Below are positions 7,601 through 16,432 of a DNA stretch of 25,042 nt, in pieces. This DNA comes from a virus (lineage: Duplodnaviria > Caudoviricetes), in IMG/VR virus record IMGVR_UViG_3300034062_002297, positions 1 through 25,042 of that record; one strand, written 5' to 3'. Below the pieces are notes generated by a model. The model ran no database searches. It saw nothing but the letters and a program-made list of their open reading frames with translations, and was not told the origin of the DNA. The translations under genes and the position numbers were made by a program. Within the stretch, counting starts at the first letter, position 1. Every line of letters starts with the position of its first letter.

Positions 7601-8231
7601 AAGGCAATGTATACCACGACCCGGCAATCTTAAACCGCCAACCAGCATTAACCGTTGAGGCCGCATCCGCTTGAACCATGTACTCCATCCCTTCCGGGTC
7701 GCACGGATCATACGTTGGGGGCGTAAACACCTTCGATGCCGAACAAGTTCCCGTAGCGATAAGGGGCGCGCCGATATAGTTAACATAGTTTGGCCCGGTT
7801 CCGTTGCTGGTGACGTCTATGCCGGAGAGCGTTGTTTGATACGTTCCGTTGACATAAATTTCCATTCCCGTCCACAACGTCCGGAAAAGGGATCCAGTTA
7901 ACTTGCAGTAAAGTTTGACTCCAGTTGCCCGAGCAATAATAGAGACGCTAGAAAGATAGGTTGTCCCCGTAACTATGTAACCACCAAACGGTGCGCCGGG
8001 GCCATCGTACTTGGCTTGCCATGCGGTGGTTCCGGTTCCATTGTCGGAGCTGCTGACCTCCAGATAGATACCCGTATTGACGTTGATTGCATTCGGAACC
8101 CATTCGGTTCGGGCGTTGGCAGAATGACTTTTCGCTAGAGTTCCGGATCCTGACCCACTTGCGGAATTCATCGTCGAAGTCAGATTCCATTCGATTGCCT
8201 CCGCATCAAACAGCAGACCATTATTCGGCAT
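4638..8231 (-). CDS. large virion tail-tip protein, Cys-rich, with C-terminal Asp-box (BNR) motifs
   Basis: 1197 aa; YSDDEGATW and SVDYGQTW Asp-boxes; position between hub-like gene and fibre. Confidence 0.7.
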   Translation of the reverse strand: MPNNGLLFDAEAIEWNLTSTMNSASGSGSGTLAKSHSANARTEWVPNAINVNTGIYLEVSSSDNGTGTTAWQAKYDGPGAPFGGYIVTGTTYLSSVSIIARATGVKLYCKLTGSLFRTLWTGMEIYVNGTYQTTLSGIDVTSNGTGPNYVNYIGAPLIATGTCSASKVFTPPTYDPCDPEGMEYMVQADAASTVNAGWRFKIAGSWYTLPCAVWSHSIPSGGGSCPYNLSFSNEVTVTDTNSIEIHCYSYTKTQRTYDNRRAQYHQVTVECCDVDGNCTTIYDQTQRLKCIDPCNPTGPLVDGYVDAYYTESWTEGHGGSARAIPNLERAIYRINSDYAALWRRFHFPEVRGTASRTCTIGATTVTTGGAYTVYNDLGTDYLGLVRNATNAIEDCFPATIYTQSTVSKNKAYSKVWDFQAGTTVCTCAFPEGVTCPSGTIGVVTCTLIPITSPSTNQSESITNQFPSYVGTLSTYQGHADMLMRYTGSWVNPHWALAYHRQDWDVDGAATDNDLYWSTIKEQYLYNAALTSPPRTRNSMIASPLYIDNGNQPFQDAFFGKFRWIGVSRWKTWVASPPSTLTLSTTRPGKWTATDCSISLGAGGITVSTFTKTSGLVDLQFADWTENPYLLLLRAHSMTLNWSLTNVKSIKIVLVGADNVSTPIGSTPNTYDLPAGWQKKYAGSWAIDNGAGLVFDLGLDTNPAGISSTVMANPELTVGFQLAAQQQYARLRFVVTPINPANPVTINWPQFSLEHTHPMLYWENSKYLTMLWHNTCAIRWGNLLWYSPSLGFMDPPITAGMDLPNTVIDALAYYYRVVQGTGGSSLASTITTDLSSLYDSYEGQSIAVVDKFSNSFILPKGNGHDLRFALVNSFSEVPPMACFPWRKRATTTWLATGSYAQVVYDHCQDGRYIISETTEPAKLQTSTGVDSGSFLSPPEPGWSIWKFNPTLYNDELNWKVVSDSTSPPVTYALVRPWHGWFCNLAEKLPGRNVWNGIYRFDPQLGVSWISADPTVGNSCRWYGSEFSVPQPNVTPGVNQIWSTNTSISAIANAKAVSFGRDIRTWRLYALVEKYRLGIFSTYSDDEGATWTTLTSLGAGKMPFIWGDSFGLIQCWMDDSVNPPIAKGQYRHPGDTAWSSTFTFKDSGGNNIYIADGGMCNVTPANDMQDRLVWSPILYGDTTPTTFFSVDYGQTWQPL

Positions 8232-8421
8232 TACCGCACCCGCAAGGCTTTACCTCGCTTGGAGTAGGCGTCTTAGTGTCCGCTTGGTTTTTCCAATCGT
8301 TAGAGAACTTGACAATGGCAAGCACAAAGTCTTCCAGACGGCAACTGCAACCGACAAGCTTGACAGGGATTTCAACTTGTTCCCCTGATCCACCCATGTC
8401 AATCGCAATTTGGCTAATCAT
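8221..8421 (-). CDS. small Cys-containing hypothetical protein (66 aa)
   Basis: Fills the gap in the operon; CSC and PCGCG motifs; overlaps the next start. Confidence 0.6.
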   Translation of the reverse strand: MISQIAIDMGGSGEQVEIPVKLVGCSCRLEDFVLAIVKFSNDWKNQADTKTPTPSEVKPCGCGNAE

Positions 8422-8423
8422 TC

Positions 8424-8624
8424 TTATCTATCGTACAACGACTGAGCATTAAATGTTCCGTTGGTATTTTGCAAAAGAGGAGCAAACTGATAAGCGGAAG
8501 CCGAGATATTGATGTAGGAAAATTGAAAGAGTTGAGTCGCCTGAATAGGGGCGGGGGTTGGTTGGCAAAGGCGTTGTGACTGCATCCTTGCCATAGCGAT
8601 TCGATAATTTTCTATTCCTGTCAT
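8424..8624 (-). CDS. hypothetical tail-region protein (66 aa)
   Basis: ATGA overlap with the upstream stop at 8621-8624; 2-nt gap to the next gene. Confidence 0.6.
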   Translation of the reverse strand: MTGIENYRIAMARMQSQRLCQPTPAPIQATQLFQFSYINISASAYQFAPLLQNTNGTFNAQSLYDR

Positions 8625-11437
8625 TGGTGAGTCTCCGATACAATAGTCTTGTAAATTTGATTTGTTGATCCGGTGTAAGCTGCTTCAAACGCTGGGATAT
8701 TCATTACTTCAATCGCCATCATTTGGTTGTTCCCTTCCCCGGCGGCCCATTGGTAAGAACAAGACATAACAACGTAGAAAACGTCATCTACCGTAACCAC
8801 GTCCCCATACTTTAATGGACGAGGAGCAATCTGCAAAGTGTCCCCGGTGGTTGCTTGGTCAACAAACCAAAGAGGCGCGGTAAAACTCTTTTTCTTTTTT
8901 GTGTGGCAAGCATTGTCAAGTACGCGCCGAGCAATAAGATCTACCGCTGCTTGCGTTTGAAGCGATGCGTTAGAAATAAGAATAGGTATTTGTCGTCCGT
9001 CAACGTAATCCGGGTGAGTAGGATCCGGTTGCGGAAAATTGTTAGGCGGCCCCGACGGAAAACCAAAATTGGCCGCCGGATAGTTGAAAAGCGTTTGGGA
9101 CAAAGAAATAGTTTCGCCGTCGGTAGCAGAAGACAACGTGCTACCAGTAAAAGTAGAAGCGTATCCCGTTCCAGTAGCAATAACAAAGTTGCCCTCGGGA
9201 GGCTCTACCCACTCGGTCAAACTGTTTCGTTCAATCCATATTTGTTTGCAGGTTCCGCCGTTGTAATTGGTAACACTTGCCATTCGACCTTCGGCAACGG
9301 TAATCCCGGCGTCTGTTGTGTTAGTTGTCCTAAACGCCGCCAACCGAGTGTAATTCCCGGTAGACGGATTTGGGACGGGTGGCAATATCACCCTAAACAA
9401 TCCAGATGCCACACCCGTCTTAAAAGCGTTGTAATCGTAGGTGACGTAACTTCCTAAAAAGTTCCGAGCAAACTCAACAATAACATTCCCTACCTTGCTG
9501 TACGGTTCAATCCGTATGCTTGCAGCGGTAATAATGTTGACCGGGAAGCGGTTGGCTCCTACCCCCGTACCGGCATAATTGGGAACGTCAAAGCGTTCTA
9601 CCGGCCATCCAGATTTAGTAAACAGTTCTTCAATCGCTTGGCCCACCTTGTAAGGTTGGCCGGGAGCGTTGGGATCCTCCGCAAAGTTACTAAGAGTTGG
9701 AAGCGTAGACTCGTAGAGCGTCTGCCACATTCCCGTGCAATAAAGAGTGTATTTGCCCCAAAACCGTGCTTGGTAAGGGTCAACCGGATTAGTGTTGGAC
9801 GGGGAAGGGACACCGGGCTTTCTGCTACGCCCGATTGTTTTCTTCATTGCCCTTACGACTCTTCCTTCAAATACCCTTGTTGTAGAAATAACGGTATCGT
9901 TGGCATCAAGCGTATCTACTTCAACCTTAATCGGAAACCCGGCTTTGTTATCTAAAAGGTTTGCGTAAACACCAGAAAGGTCGTTAATGACGATCGAAGC
10001 GGTAGACGTAGTAAAGTCTCGACCTTCACCGCTTATGCTTACCGACTCTACTCCGTTCTGACCGCTACCCGTTACGGTGACCGGCGTAGGGTTAGAGTAA
10101 ACCGCCGCCGGACTCCGAGCATACAAAATGCTTTTGATGATAGGAGAAAAACTTCCCGTTGCGGAGTTTAGCGTGATCCTTGCAAAATATCCTCTTGCCG
10201 ATTGAACTCCGGTAAAGTCTCTAAAAGCAGCGTCTAAAAATTGGGTGGTTGCTCCGGTAGGAGTGCAAGCGGTTCCATCTCCAGCAAACAGTTCAATATC
10301 AATACTTGTCCCGGCAGGGAACGACCCGTAGCACGTTACTTTGATGGGTTGGGTCGTCGTACCCGTAAAAGTAAACAACGCAAATTGCTTGGTGGTAAAC
10401 GTTCCGGTCGGCTTGAATTGGCCAAAGTAAACATTAAACTTCATTCGGGTGTCCCGACGAATGTCTATTCTTACTTTTGATGGAACCGGTTGCCAGTTGG
10501 TAACATTGTTGAAACTGTAAGTATTGGTCGGAACCACTACTTGGTTGCCAATTTTTGCCGCCGGAATAATTCCTGATACAGCGTTGTTGACAATTAGATC
10601 CGAGTCAAGGTCTTCAAATCTAAGGTTGAGCGTCGTACCGTTGTATACATTATTTACACTATCGTAGTATATGTCGGAACCAATTCCGACCATGTGCCAA
10701 CGGCCTACTACGTTTTGAGGTTTGCACCACCTTCCGCTATACCTTGAAGTCCAAGTATTGTCGGTGAGCTTTTCCCGAAGAATAAATGTTGCGTCTCCGT
10801 ATAGGGATAAACAATACTGTCCGGTTGGTTGGTTTGCGGTTACGTTTGCCCTGTTTGACGGCATTGCCGTAAAGTAGAACCGGGCCACAAGTTGAACTGG
10901 AGTTTGACCAGACGAACCCGGGATATAGAACCGAAACCAATTTGGCCGGTGTGGTTCATCGTTGGCGGTCGAAACGTAAACTCTATCCAGCAAAACGTTT
11001 TCAGTTTCGGACGGAGGTGGGTAAGAAGTCTCATCTGCTGATAGCTTTGCAGCGTCCCAATTCCCACCGGCTGAAACCGTTTTTTGATAAAAGTTATCGC
11101 CCGACGTTCTTATGGTAGTCGTTCCAAGGTTGGTAAGTTCAGTAGGCCTTCTTTGGATCTTATTAAAAAGAACCCCCGTTGGAACCGCCCCGGCAATCAC
11201 CGAACCGTCGGCAACCGCAAGTTCATGCACATAAGATACCGTTTCATGGTACTGCTCTAGCATCCACCCGGTTCCCGGTGTAAATTTAACGTCTACGTTT
11301 TTTGAGTTTTTGACCGGCGCAATTTCATCGTATTGACGCTTGAGAGAAAAAGAAGGCGTGGTAATGTTTGGAACCGGATAATTCATTATCACCCGTGTTC
11401 TTCTTCTTGGAGTTACACCTCTGATTCTGCTAGGCAT
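8621..11437 (-). CDS. tail/baseplate hub-like structural protein (938 aa)
   Basis: Directly follows the tape measure; beta-rich; hub-like C-terminal half (VFEGRV..., LKYGDVVTV...YVVMSCSY). Confidence 0.7.
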   Translation of the reverse strand: MPSRIRGVTPRRRTRVIMNYPVPNITTPSFSLKRQYDEIAPVKNSKNVDVKFTPGTGWMLEQYHETVSYVHELAVADGSVIAGAVPTGVLFNKIQRRPTELTNLGTTTIRTSGDNFYQKTVSAGGNWDAAKLSADETSYPPPSETENVLLDRVYVSTANDEPHRPNWFRFYIPGSSGQTPVQLVARFYFTAMPSNRANVTANQPTGQYCLSLYGDATFILREKLTDNTWTSRYSGRWCKPQNVVGRWHMVGIGSDIYYDSVNNVYNGTTLNLRFEDLDSDLIVNNAVSGIIPAAKIGNQVVVPTNTYSFNNVTNWQPVPSKVRIDIRRDTRMKFNVYFGQFKPTGTFTTKQFALFTFTGTTTQPIKVTCYGSFPAGTSIDIELFAGDGTACTPTGATTQFLDAAFRDFTGVQSARGYFARITLNSATGSFSPIIKSILYARSPAAVYSNPTPVTVTGSGQNGVESVSISGEGRDFTTSTASIVINDLSGVYANLLDNKAGFPIKVEVDTLDANDTVISTTRVFEGRVVRAMKKTIGRSRKPGVPSPSNTNPVDPYQARFWGKYTLYCTGMWQTLYESTLPTLSNFAEDPNAPGQPYKVGQAIEELFTKSGWPVERFDVPNYAGTGVGANRFPVNIITAASIRIEPYSKVGNVIVEFARNFLGSYVTYDYNAFKTGVASGLFRVILPPVPNPSTGNYTRLAAFRTTNTTDAGITVAEGRMASVTNYNGGTCKQIWIERNSLTEWVEPPEGNFVIATGTGYASTFTGSTLSSATDGETISLSQTLFNYPAANFGFPSGPPNNFPQPDPTHPDYVDGRQIPILISNASLQTQAAVDLIARRVLDNACHTKKKKSFTAPLWFVDQATTGDTLQIAPRPLKYGDVVTVDDVFYVVMSCSYQWAAGEGNNQMMAIEVMNIPAFEAAYTGSTNQIYKTIVSETHQ

Positions 11438-11439
11438 GG

Positions 11440-12924
11440 TTAATAGACCGGAAAGGCTCCTATGCGCATGGCTTGTTCCAACCCGTAGGCATTAGACGCG
11501 CTCATGGCTTGACTTATATTAGCAGAACTTTGAACCCGAGTACCACCGCCAGAAATTTCATTCCTTGGGGTTCGTTCGTTTAACGGATCCATGTTTCTGT
11601 TGTTGTCTCTTCTTGTTTGTTTTTGCTCGGCGTTTTCTTGGTTGGTAAAAAGGTCATACATCCTTTTAGTGAAACCCCATGCAGACATCCCGGTCGCTCC
11701 AGATACAGTTCTTGCAAGATTTTCTTTATTCATCCCGTAAACAAGAGAAGTAAGATCTTGTACTATTCCGGCCGCCGCGCCAAGCGGAAGACCCGCCGTT
11801 ACTGTAGCAAGGTCGCCAAACTGTTTCTTTTGAATGTCTAACGCTACTTCAAAATCTGAAATACCTCGCTGACCTGCTTTCAATGCTTTTTCGCCAACGA
11901 TACTTCCTTTTGTTTCCCTTGCAAAATCGTTAAACATTCTTTCGCTTGCGTCAACGTAAGCAGATTGATTCGACAAACCTGATTCTCTTATGATGATGGA
12001 CTTCAGATCTCTATTCTTTTCTCTCCTGATAATATCAATCGCATTGATAAAATTATCAGCTTTGTTGACGGTAAGAGAACCGTAATCAATCAACCCACGG
12101 TTTCTAAAGTAAGCACCAGAAAAAGTGCCGCTTCTAAGAACGTCCCCAAACCCCGCCGCTTGCCCAGCCGCGTTGTTACCCATAGCTACTAGGCCTCCAG
12201 CTTGAGCAGCGGTTGAACCGGTAGCATACATAGCCTCCCGGCGTTCTGCTCCGATGGATCTACCCATTGCCGCCGTTGCAACTAATCCCGCCGCTCCGGC
12301 CGCTCCAAGAGCCGCAGGAACCGAAATAGCCGCCGCACCAAACAAGAAAGCGTTTGCCGCTGTTCTTACCGCCGCAGGAACTCCACCTGCTTGCATTGCA
12401 CCTTGAGCAAGGCTAACCGCGCCTCGGGTAATAATCCGATACAGTTTATCCCGTTCCTTTTCTCTTCGTTCCGCGTCAATGTCGTCCGGACTTCTTGGAG
12501 GCTTAGACGGAGTTCTGCCACCACCGCCGCCACCGCCACCGCCACCGCCACCTCCACTTGGATCATATCCCGGAGGTGGTTGTGGCCGCCGGTGGTCAGG
12601 TATGTTTGGTGAGTGACCATGTTGCGGTATTCCGTATTTTGGAACGTACCCACCGCCGCCGCCACCGCCGCCACTTCGACCGCCGCCGCCACCACCACCT
12701 CGGCCACCACCGCCGCCGCCACCGCCGCCACGACCGCCGCCACCTCCATCACCACCTCGGCCGCCACCACCGCCGGGGAAAGACATATCGGGTCGTATCT
12801 TAGAACCGTTGAGTTTGTCAACTTTTTCTTGAAGCCTATCTACTGCTTTAGCTGCATCATCAAATTTCTTGATGAGTTTGTCCATATCGGACAAATCTAT
12901 AGGAATCTTGTAGCCTTCACTCAT
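11440..12924 (-). CDS. probable tape measure protein with poly-Gly tracts (494 aa)
   Basis: Follows the frameshifting chaperone pair; N-terminal coiled coil; Ala/Gly-rich hydrophobic helices. Confidence 0.75.
   Translation of the reverse strand: MSEGYKIPIDLSDMDKLIKKFDDAAKAVDRLQEKVDKLNGSKIRPDMSFPGGGGGRGGDGGGGGRGGGGGGGGGRGGGGGGGRSGGGGGGGGYVPKYGIPQHGHSPNIPDHRRPQPPPGYDPSGGGGGGGGGGGGGRTPSKPPRSPDDIDAERREKERDKLYRIITRGAVSLAQGAMQAGGVPAAVRTAANAFLFGAAAISVPAALGAAGAAGLVATAAMGRSIGAERREAMYATGSTAAQAGGLVAMGNNAAGQAAGFGDVLRSGTFSGAYFRNRGLIDYGSLTVNKADNFINAIDIIRREKNRDLKSIIIRESGLSNQSAYVDASERMFNDFARETKGSIVGEKALKAGQRGISDFEVALDIQKKQFGDLATVTAGLPLGAAAGIVQDLTSLVYGMNKENLARTVSGATGMSAWGFTKRMYDLFTNQENAEQKQTRRDNNRNMDPLNERTPRNEISGGGTRVQSSANISQAMSASNAYGLEQAMRIGAFPVY
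12517..12774 (-). repeat. (GGC/GGT)n low-complexity repeats encoding poly-Gly/GGR tracts
   Basis: Two CCA/CCG-rich tracts on the + strand at about 12517-12555 and 12649-12774. Confidence 0.9.
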
Positions 12925-13204
12925 TTCTTAATGCACCAAAGAAGCTCTCGGCTTCCATCATTTCAAGACGATCCATCTCGTCTATTTCGCTTGGAGTTAA
13001 ATACGCCAACTCTTTTATCCAGTCGGAAGTGTTTTCCGGGGGTTCGTTAGGTAAGTCTTTGACTCCTAGTTTTTCGGCAATCTGTTTCATTATGGCCCCC
13101 ATGTAAGCAAAGTGGTTAAGAGACTGAACAAACGGATACGGGTGAAACCCTTGATCCCGAACAACAACTAACGCCGCTTTACCTAAGGGGCTGGCTACTC
13201 CCCC
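12917..13204 (-). CDS. tail assembly chaperone, -1 frameshift extension (gpGT-like)
   Basis: The -1 frame is open from slippery G GGG GAG (13204-13198) through GVASPLGKAALVVVRDQGFHPYPFVQSLNHFAYMGAIMKQ... to the stop at 12917. Confidence 0.75.
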   Translation of the reverse strand, partial: GGVASPLGKAALVVVRDQGFHPYPFVQSLNHFAYMGAIMKQIAEKLGVKDLPNEPPENTSDWIKELAYLTPSEIDEMDRLEMMEAESFFGALRNE

Positions 13205-13605
13205 GATTCAGCGTAGAAAGAATTCATCAATTCATTCAACGCTCCAAAAGTATTGCCGTCTACCGCTGCAAGCGTTGCCAATTCGTCCCATGTGTACTTT
13301 TCTTCTTGGCATTGAATAAGTTCAAGTAAGCAACACTTGAAAAACAAAATTCTTGAAGGAGTGACAATTACATTTCCGGATTGCGGGTAAGCGTCTGGAA
13401 TCTCCGACCAAATACCGTCAGCGCGTCTCCAACCACCGGTAATGTACCTTGATTCAAGATCGTCGGATCTTGTAGACGTAGCGTCTAAGTCGGTGTCGTT
13501 TGGCTTTCGGAGCGTAAGTTCTAACCGTTGCCCGTTAGACAATTCTTGGGAGAACTGTTTAGGTTCTCCCGATTTTGCCAAAGTAATGAAGTTGATCTTT
13601 GCCAT
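13195..13605 (-). CDS. tail assembly chaperone (gpG-like)
   Basis: Between tail tube and tape measure; ends in GGGGGAG-TAG. Confidence 0.75.
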   Translation of the reverse strand: MAKINFITLAKSGEPKQFSQELSNGQRLELTLRKPNDTDLDATSTRSDDLESRYITGGWRRADGIWSEIPDAYPQSGNVIVTPSRILFFKCCLLELIQCQEEKYTWDELATLAAVDGNTFGALNELMNSFYAESGE

Positions 13606-13623
13606 TAACCTATTATGCCATCA

Positions 13624-14139
13624 TTAAGCTAAAGTATCAAACTTCAATGAAGATCCATAAGTTGCGTCATTGATGGACTGAAGCGTTAGCGTTGCAATGT
13701 TTTCACCAGCAGATGAAACACCAGTTCCTAAATCACCTCTAGTTCCTCTAAAAACGTATTCTCTTTTATTTGTTCCGCTTCCAACCAAAAGGTAAACAAG
13801 CGCAAAATCAAAACTACTGTAAATAGCTTGAAGAGCAATTACGCCAAGGCCAGTTCCCGTGTCGTCTTTCATTGTCATAATTTCTTGAATTTGACAAGTT
13901 GCTCCGTCCATAAGAATTTCTTCATGCACAACCAAATCGTCAATCGAATTGATTGTTGCACGGACGGTTGCCGCTGTAAATGAAACTCCAGCAAGTTTCC
14001 CAGTAAGCGAATAAACGCTTCCCGCTACGGGCGTTGTGGGGTCAGCAGGATAAGTAATAACCCCGGTGGAAGCTCTAGTGCCTCCAGAAATAGTGGCCTT
14101 TGTAATCAATCGGCCTTTAATAAACATTCTTGTTGCCAT
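13624..14139 (-). CDS. probable major tail (tube) protein
   Basis: 171 aa, beta-rich and T/G-rich; immediately upstream of the chaperone and tape measure. Confidence 0.7.
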   Translation of the reverse strand: MATRMFIKGRLITKATISGGTRASTGVITYPADPTTPVAGSVYSLTGKLAGVSFTAATVRATINSIDDLVVHEEILMDGATCQIQEIMTMKDDTGTGLGVIALQAIYSSFDFALVYLLVGSGTNKREYVFRGTRGDLGTGVSSAGENIATLTLQSINDATYGSSLKFDTLA

Positions 14140-14300
14140 TATTTAGTTACCTCTTTCCAGTCGTAGACCTCGGTATCGTCTGGCACTTTGACCGCACCAG
14201 CAGGAACCGGTTCTTGTTTTCCGATTTCAATGACACGCTCCAAGGTCACTTTTCGCAAAGAACCCCCGATAATGTCTGTTTGAACTTCCTTGATTTTCAT
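14139..14300 (-). CDS. small hypothetical protein (53 aa, MKIKEVQ...)
   Basis: ATG 1 nt after the upstream stop; TAATG overlap with the tail tube gene. Confidence 0.6.
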   Translation of the reverse strand: MKIKEVQTDIIGGSLRKVTLERVIEIGKQEPVPAGAVKVPDDTEVYDWKEVTK

Positions 14301-14301
14301 T

Positions 14302-14841
14302 TTATTTCCATTTGGATGCAATAATCTGCATAGATTTGTCTAATGCCTTTTTGACAAGATTAGGCAAAACTTCTTCGATTCGCTTGATAATATGCTGATC
14401 TATTTCCCGAGAAACGGTCAGGCCCGCAATCCCGTGTTCAAGCAAAGTTGCATACCAAGCAGTATTATGAATCCCAATTAGTCTGATTCCCATTGGAGTC
14501 ATTCCCGATTCATACTGATACCAAGAATTGTAAAACTCTCCGCTTTGTTTATTGATAACCCTTCGGTCGCCATAAGGGTAACCAGATGACTTGGGTGGGA
14601 TCTTGTCAAACGTCACCCTTTTTGACTTTCCAAAGTATTCAACTTTTGTAGTAAACGAATGTCTTTCCGCGTAAGGATGACCCATCTCGGCAAGGTCTTC
14701 GTAGCTATAAGTCCCGCTGGATTTTAACTTTGCCATTGAGATAGCCTTTTTTGCGGTCTGATCCAAAGCTATGTTTGTCTGTTGGGCAATTTTAGCCTTA
14801 GTGCGAAGCATATCCCGTCTCAAGTCTTTTAAGTTAGCCAT
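14302..14841 (-). CDS. HK97 gp10-like neck/tail completion protein
   Basis: Basic protein with HNTAWYATLLEHG (NxxxYAxxxExG) motif; TAATG coupling. Confidence 0.7.
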   Translation of the reverse strand: MANLKDLRRDMLRTKAKIAQQTNIALDQTAKKAISMAKLKSSGTYSYEDLAEMGHPYAERHSFTTKVEYFGKSKRVTFDKIPPKSSGYPYGDRRVINKQSGEFYNSWYQYESGMTPMGIRLIGIHNTAWYATLLEHGIAGLTVSREIDQHIIKRIEEVLPNLVKKALDKSMQIIASKWK

Positions 14842-15347
14842 TATCCAAACGGGGTAACGTGAAGCCCCGGGTTGTACGAAAGTTGAACTCCAAGCAATGG
14901 AGTTTTTGATTCCAACTTTAAGACGGAGTTGACGCCGTTGGAAGCACCAGAATTTATTTCGCCATCATCTTCCAATATAAAATTAGCAAAAGGCGTTGCC
15001 GATATTGCCTTGTTCCGAATCGCCAACTGAAGCGCGGCGGCGTTGTTTGACAACGTCGTTTGAGAAACCCCTGTAGTGCCGCCAACGTTTAGCGCGTTTG
15101 TTTGCTTGTCAACTCTGGAGATAACAATAGGCAAATAGTAAGACTGACGGTCAATCGAATAACTAGCGTTCATTTGATCGCCGTATTCTATGACCGCAAT
15201 CGGCAATAGAAGCGTTCCGTTTGCGGTTGCGCTGACAATGTTGCGTTCCAATGCCTGAAGCGTGGTAAACACTTGAGAATCGTTCATGCTCCAAGTGGAC
15301 TTGACAATAGTCTTAATCTCAAGGATTGCGTCCTCAAAGTAACTCAT
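14841..15347 (-). CDS. probable tail terminator protein
   Basis: Size and position in the neck module; LPIAVIEYG motif; TAATG coupling. Confidence 0.55.
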   Translation of the reverse strand: MSYFEDAILEIKTIVKSTWSMNDSQVFTTLQALERNIVSATANGTLLLPIAVIEYGDQMNASYSIDRQSYYLPIVISRVDKQTNALNVGGTTGVSQTTLSNNAAALQLAIRNKAISATPFANFILEDDGEINSGASNGVNSVLKLESKTPLLGVQLSYNPGLHVTPFG

Positions 15348-15742
15348 TAAGGAGTACCCCCGGGAGGAGGAGCAGCAACAAAAGTTCCGGGAGTAGGAGC
15401 AAGATTAAGATAAACCTTTGACCTTCCAAGCAAGTCTCTTCTTTTTGACTCACCCATCACCCGATACCAAGAATTAAGGTCAGCAAAGTAAATGTAATCT
15501 TCCGGTTCAATGTCGTAATTGTTGTCAAACGTTACCTTGTCCGACGTTCTGATGTTGTTCTTTTTGTAGTTACCAACGCCGGCTTCGTTGTCATAGTTGT
15601 TGGTGAAATGACGGTTGCACGGAACGCCTGAATACACTTGAGTACAATGCTTGTAGTCGCCATTAGCGTCTCTCTCGGTATCAAAATACCGGTAAACGTC
15701 CATCGTGTACTTATCAAAAACTTTAGAGTGAATGGTAGGCAT
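15347..15742 (-). CDS. probable head-closure (stopper) protein
   Basis: 131 aa; DIEPEDYI...WYRVMG pattern of SPP1 gp16-like proteins; follows the adaptor. Confidence 0.65.
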   Translation of the reverse strand: MPTIHSKVFDKYTMDVYRYFDTERDANGDYKHCTQVYSGVPCNRHFTNNYDNEAGVGNYKKNNIRTSDKVTFDNNYDIEPEDYIYFADLNSWYRVMGESKRRDLLGRSKVYLNLAPTPGTFVAAPPPGGTP

Positions 15743-16422
15743 TAGATTAACGGAGGCTTATTCCTTCGCATAAAATCGCGAAGCGGTCGTTTAAGTTGCC
15801 GAGCAGCGGTTTCAAACAGATCGTCCCACCCAAGAGTCTTGGACGGCAAAGCATCCATAAACGTAATGTCTTGGTCTTCATCCCGAATAGTTTTAACAGT
15901 CCCCCCAAGATAAGAATTGGCTCTCGCGGAGTTAATTACCGTTCCAGCCGCTCTTGCCCGAACCGCCGTCCATGCAATCGCCGGAATCGCGTTTGCGTAA
16001 CCCCAAGTTGCTGTTACACCAATGTTGGATCTCCCTTGAGGAAAGAACGAGTAGTAGCCGTAAGGTACGTTGGGCGGGCCTTGTAGAATTTGTATTTGAG
16101 TTTTAGGATACGGTTTGCGCTCCACTTCGTGCCATTGGGTAAGAGTGACAACGCCAAGCGCGGGAACCGAGAAAAATTCAATTGCCGTGACGTCAACGTA
16201 TTCTTCAACGTCTAGCAGACCCGTTCCGGAACCGTCAAAATACCGAGTTTCCGTTACAGGCTTTAAGGTTCGACCGGTGCGGCGGCTAAGTTCTTCAACC
16301 GCCGCATCAATCGCGTTTTGGATCATGTCCGTGGTAATGCCCGCGTTTAGCGTTAGCCCACTAGCAGTAATGTAATTAGACACTTCTGTCGTGGTGGGCC
16401 AATTAGCATAGGATACGGGCAT
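15742..16422 (-). CDS. head-tail adaptor protein
   Basis: WPTTTEV..., AAVEELSRRTGR, ETRYFDGSG, VTATWGY..IP motifs; position after the capsid genes. Confidence 0.75.
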   Translation of the reverse strand: MPVSYANWPTTTEVSNYITASGLTLNAGITTDMIQNAIDAAVEELSRRTGRTLKPVTETRYFDGSGTGLLDVEEYVDVTAIEFFSVPALGVVTLTQWHEVERKPYPKTQIQILQGPPNVPYGYYSFFPQGRSNIGVTATWGYANAIPAIAWTAVRARAAGTVINSARANSYLGGTVKTIRDEDQDITFMDALPSKTLGWDDLFETAARQLKRPLRDFMRRNKPPLI

Positions 16423-16432
16423 GATTCAAACG

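Noticed and set aside
12366-13050. Alternative-frame and antisense ORFs over the poly-Gly region (poly-Ala/Thr, poly-His/Arg, poly-Val/Ala)
   Set aside because: Expected shadows of (GGN)n repeats, which lack stops in all frames; no RBS or independent motifs.
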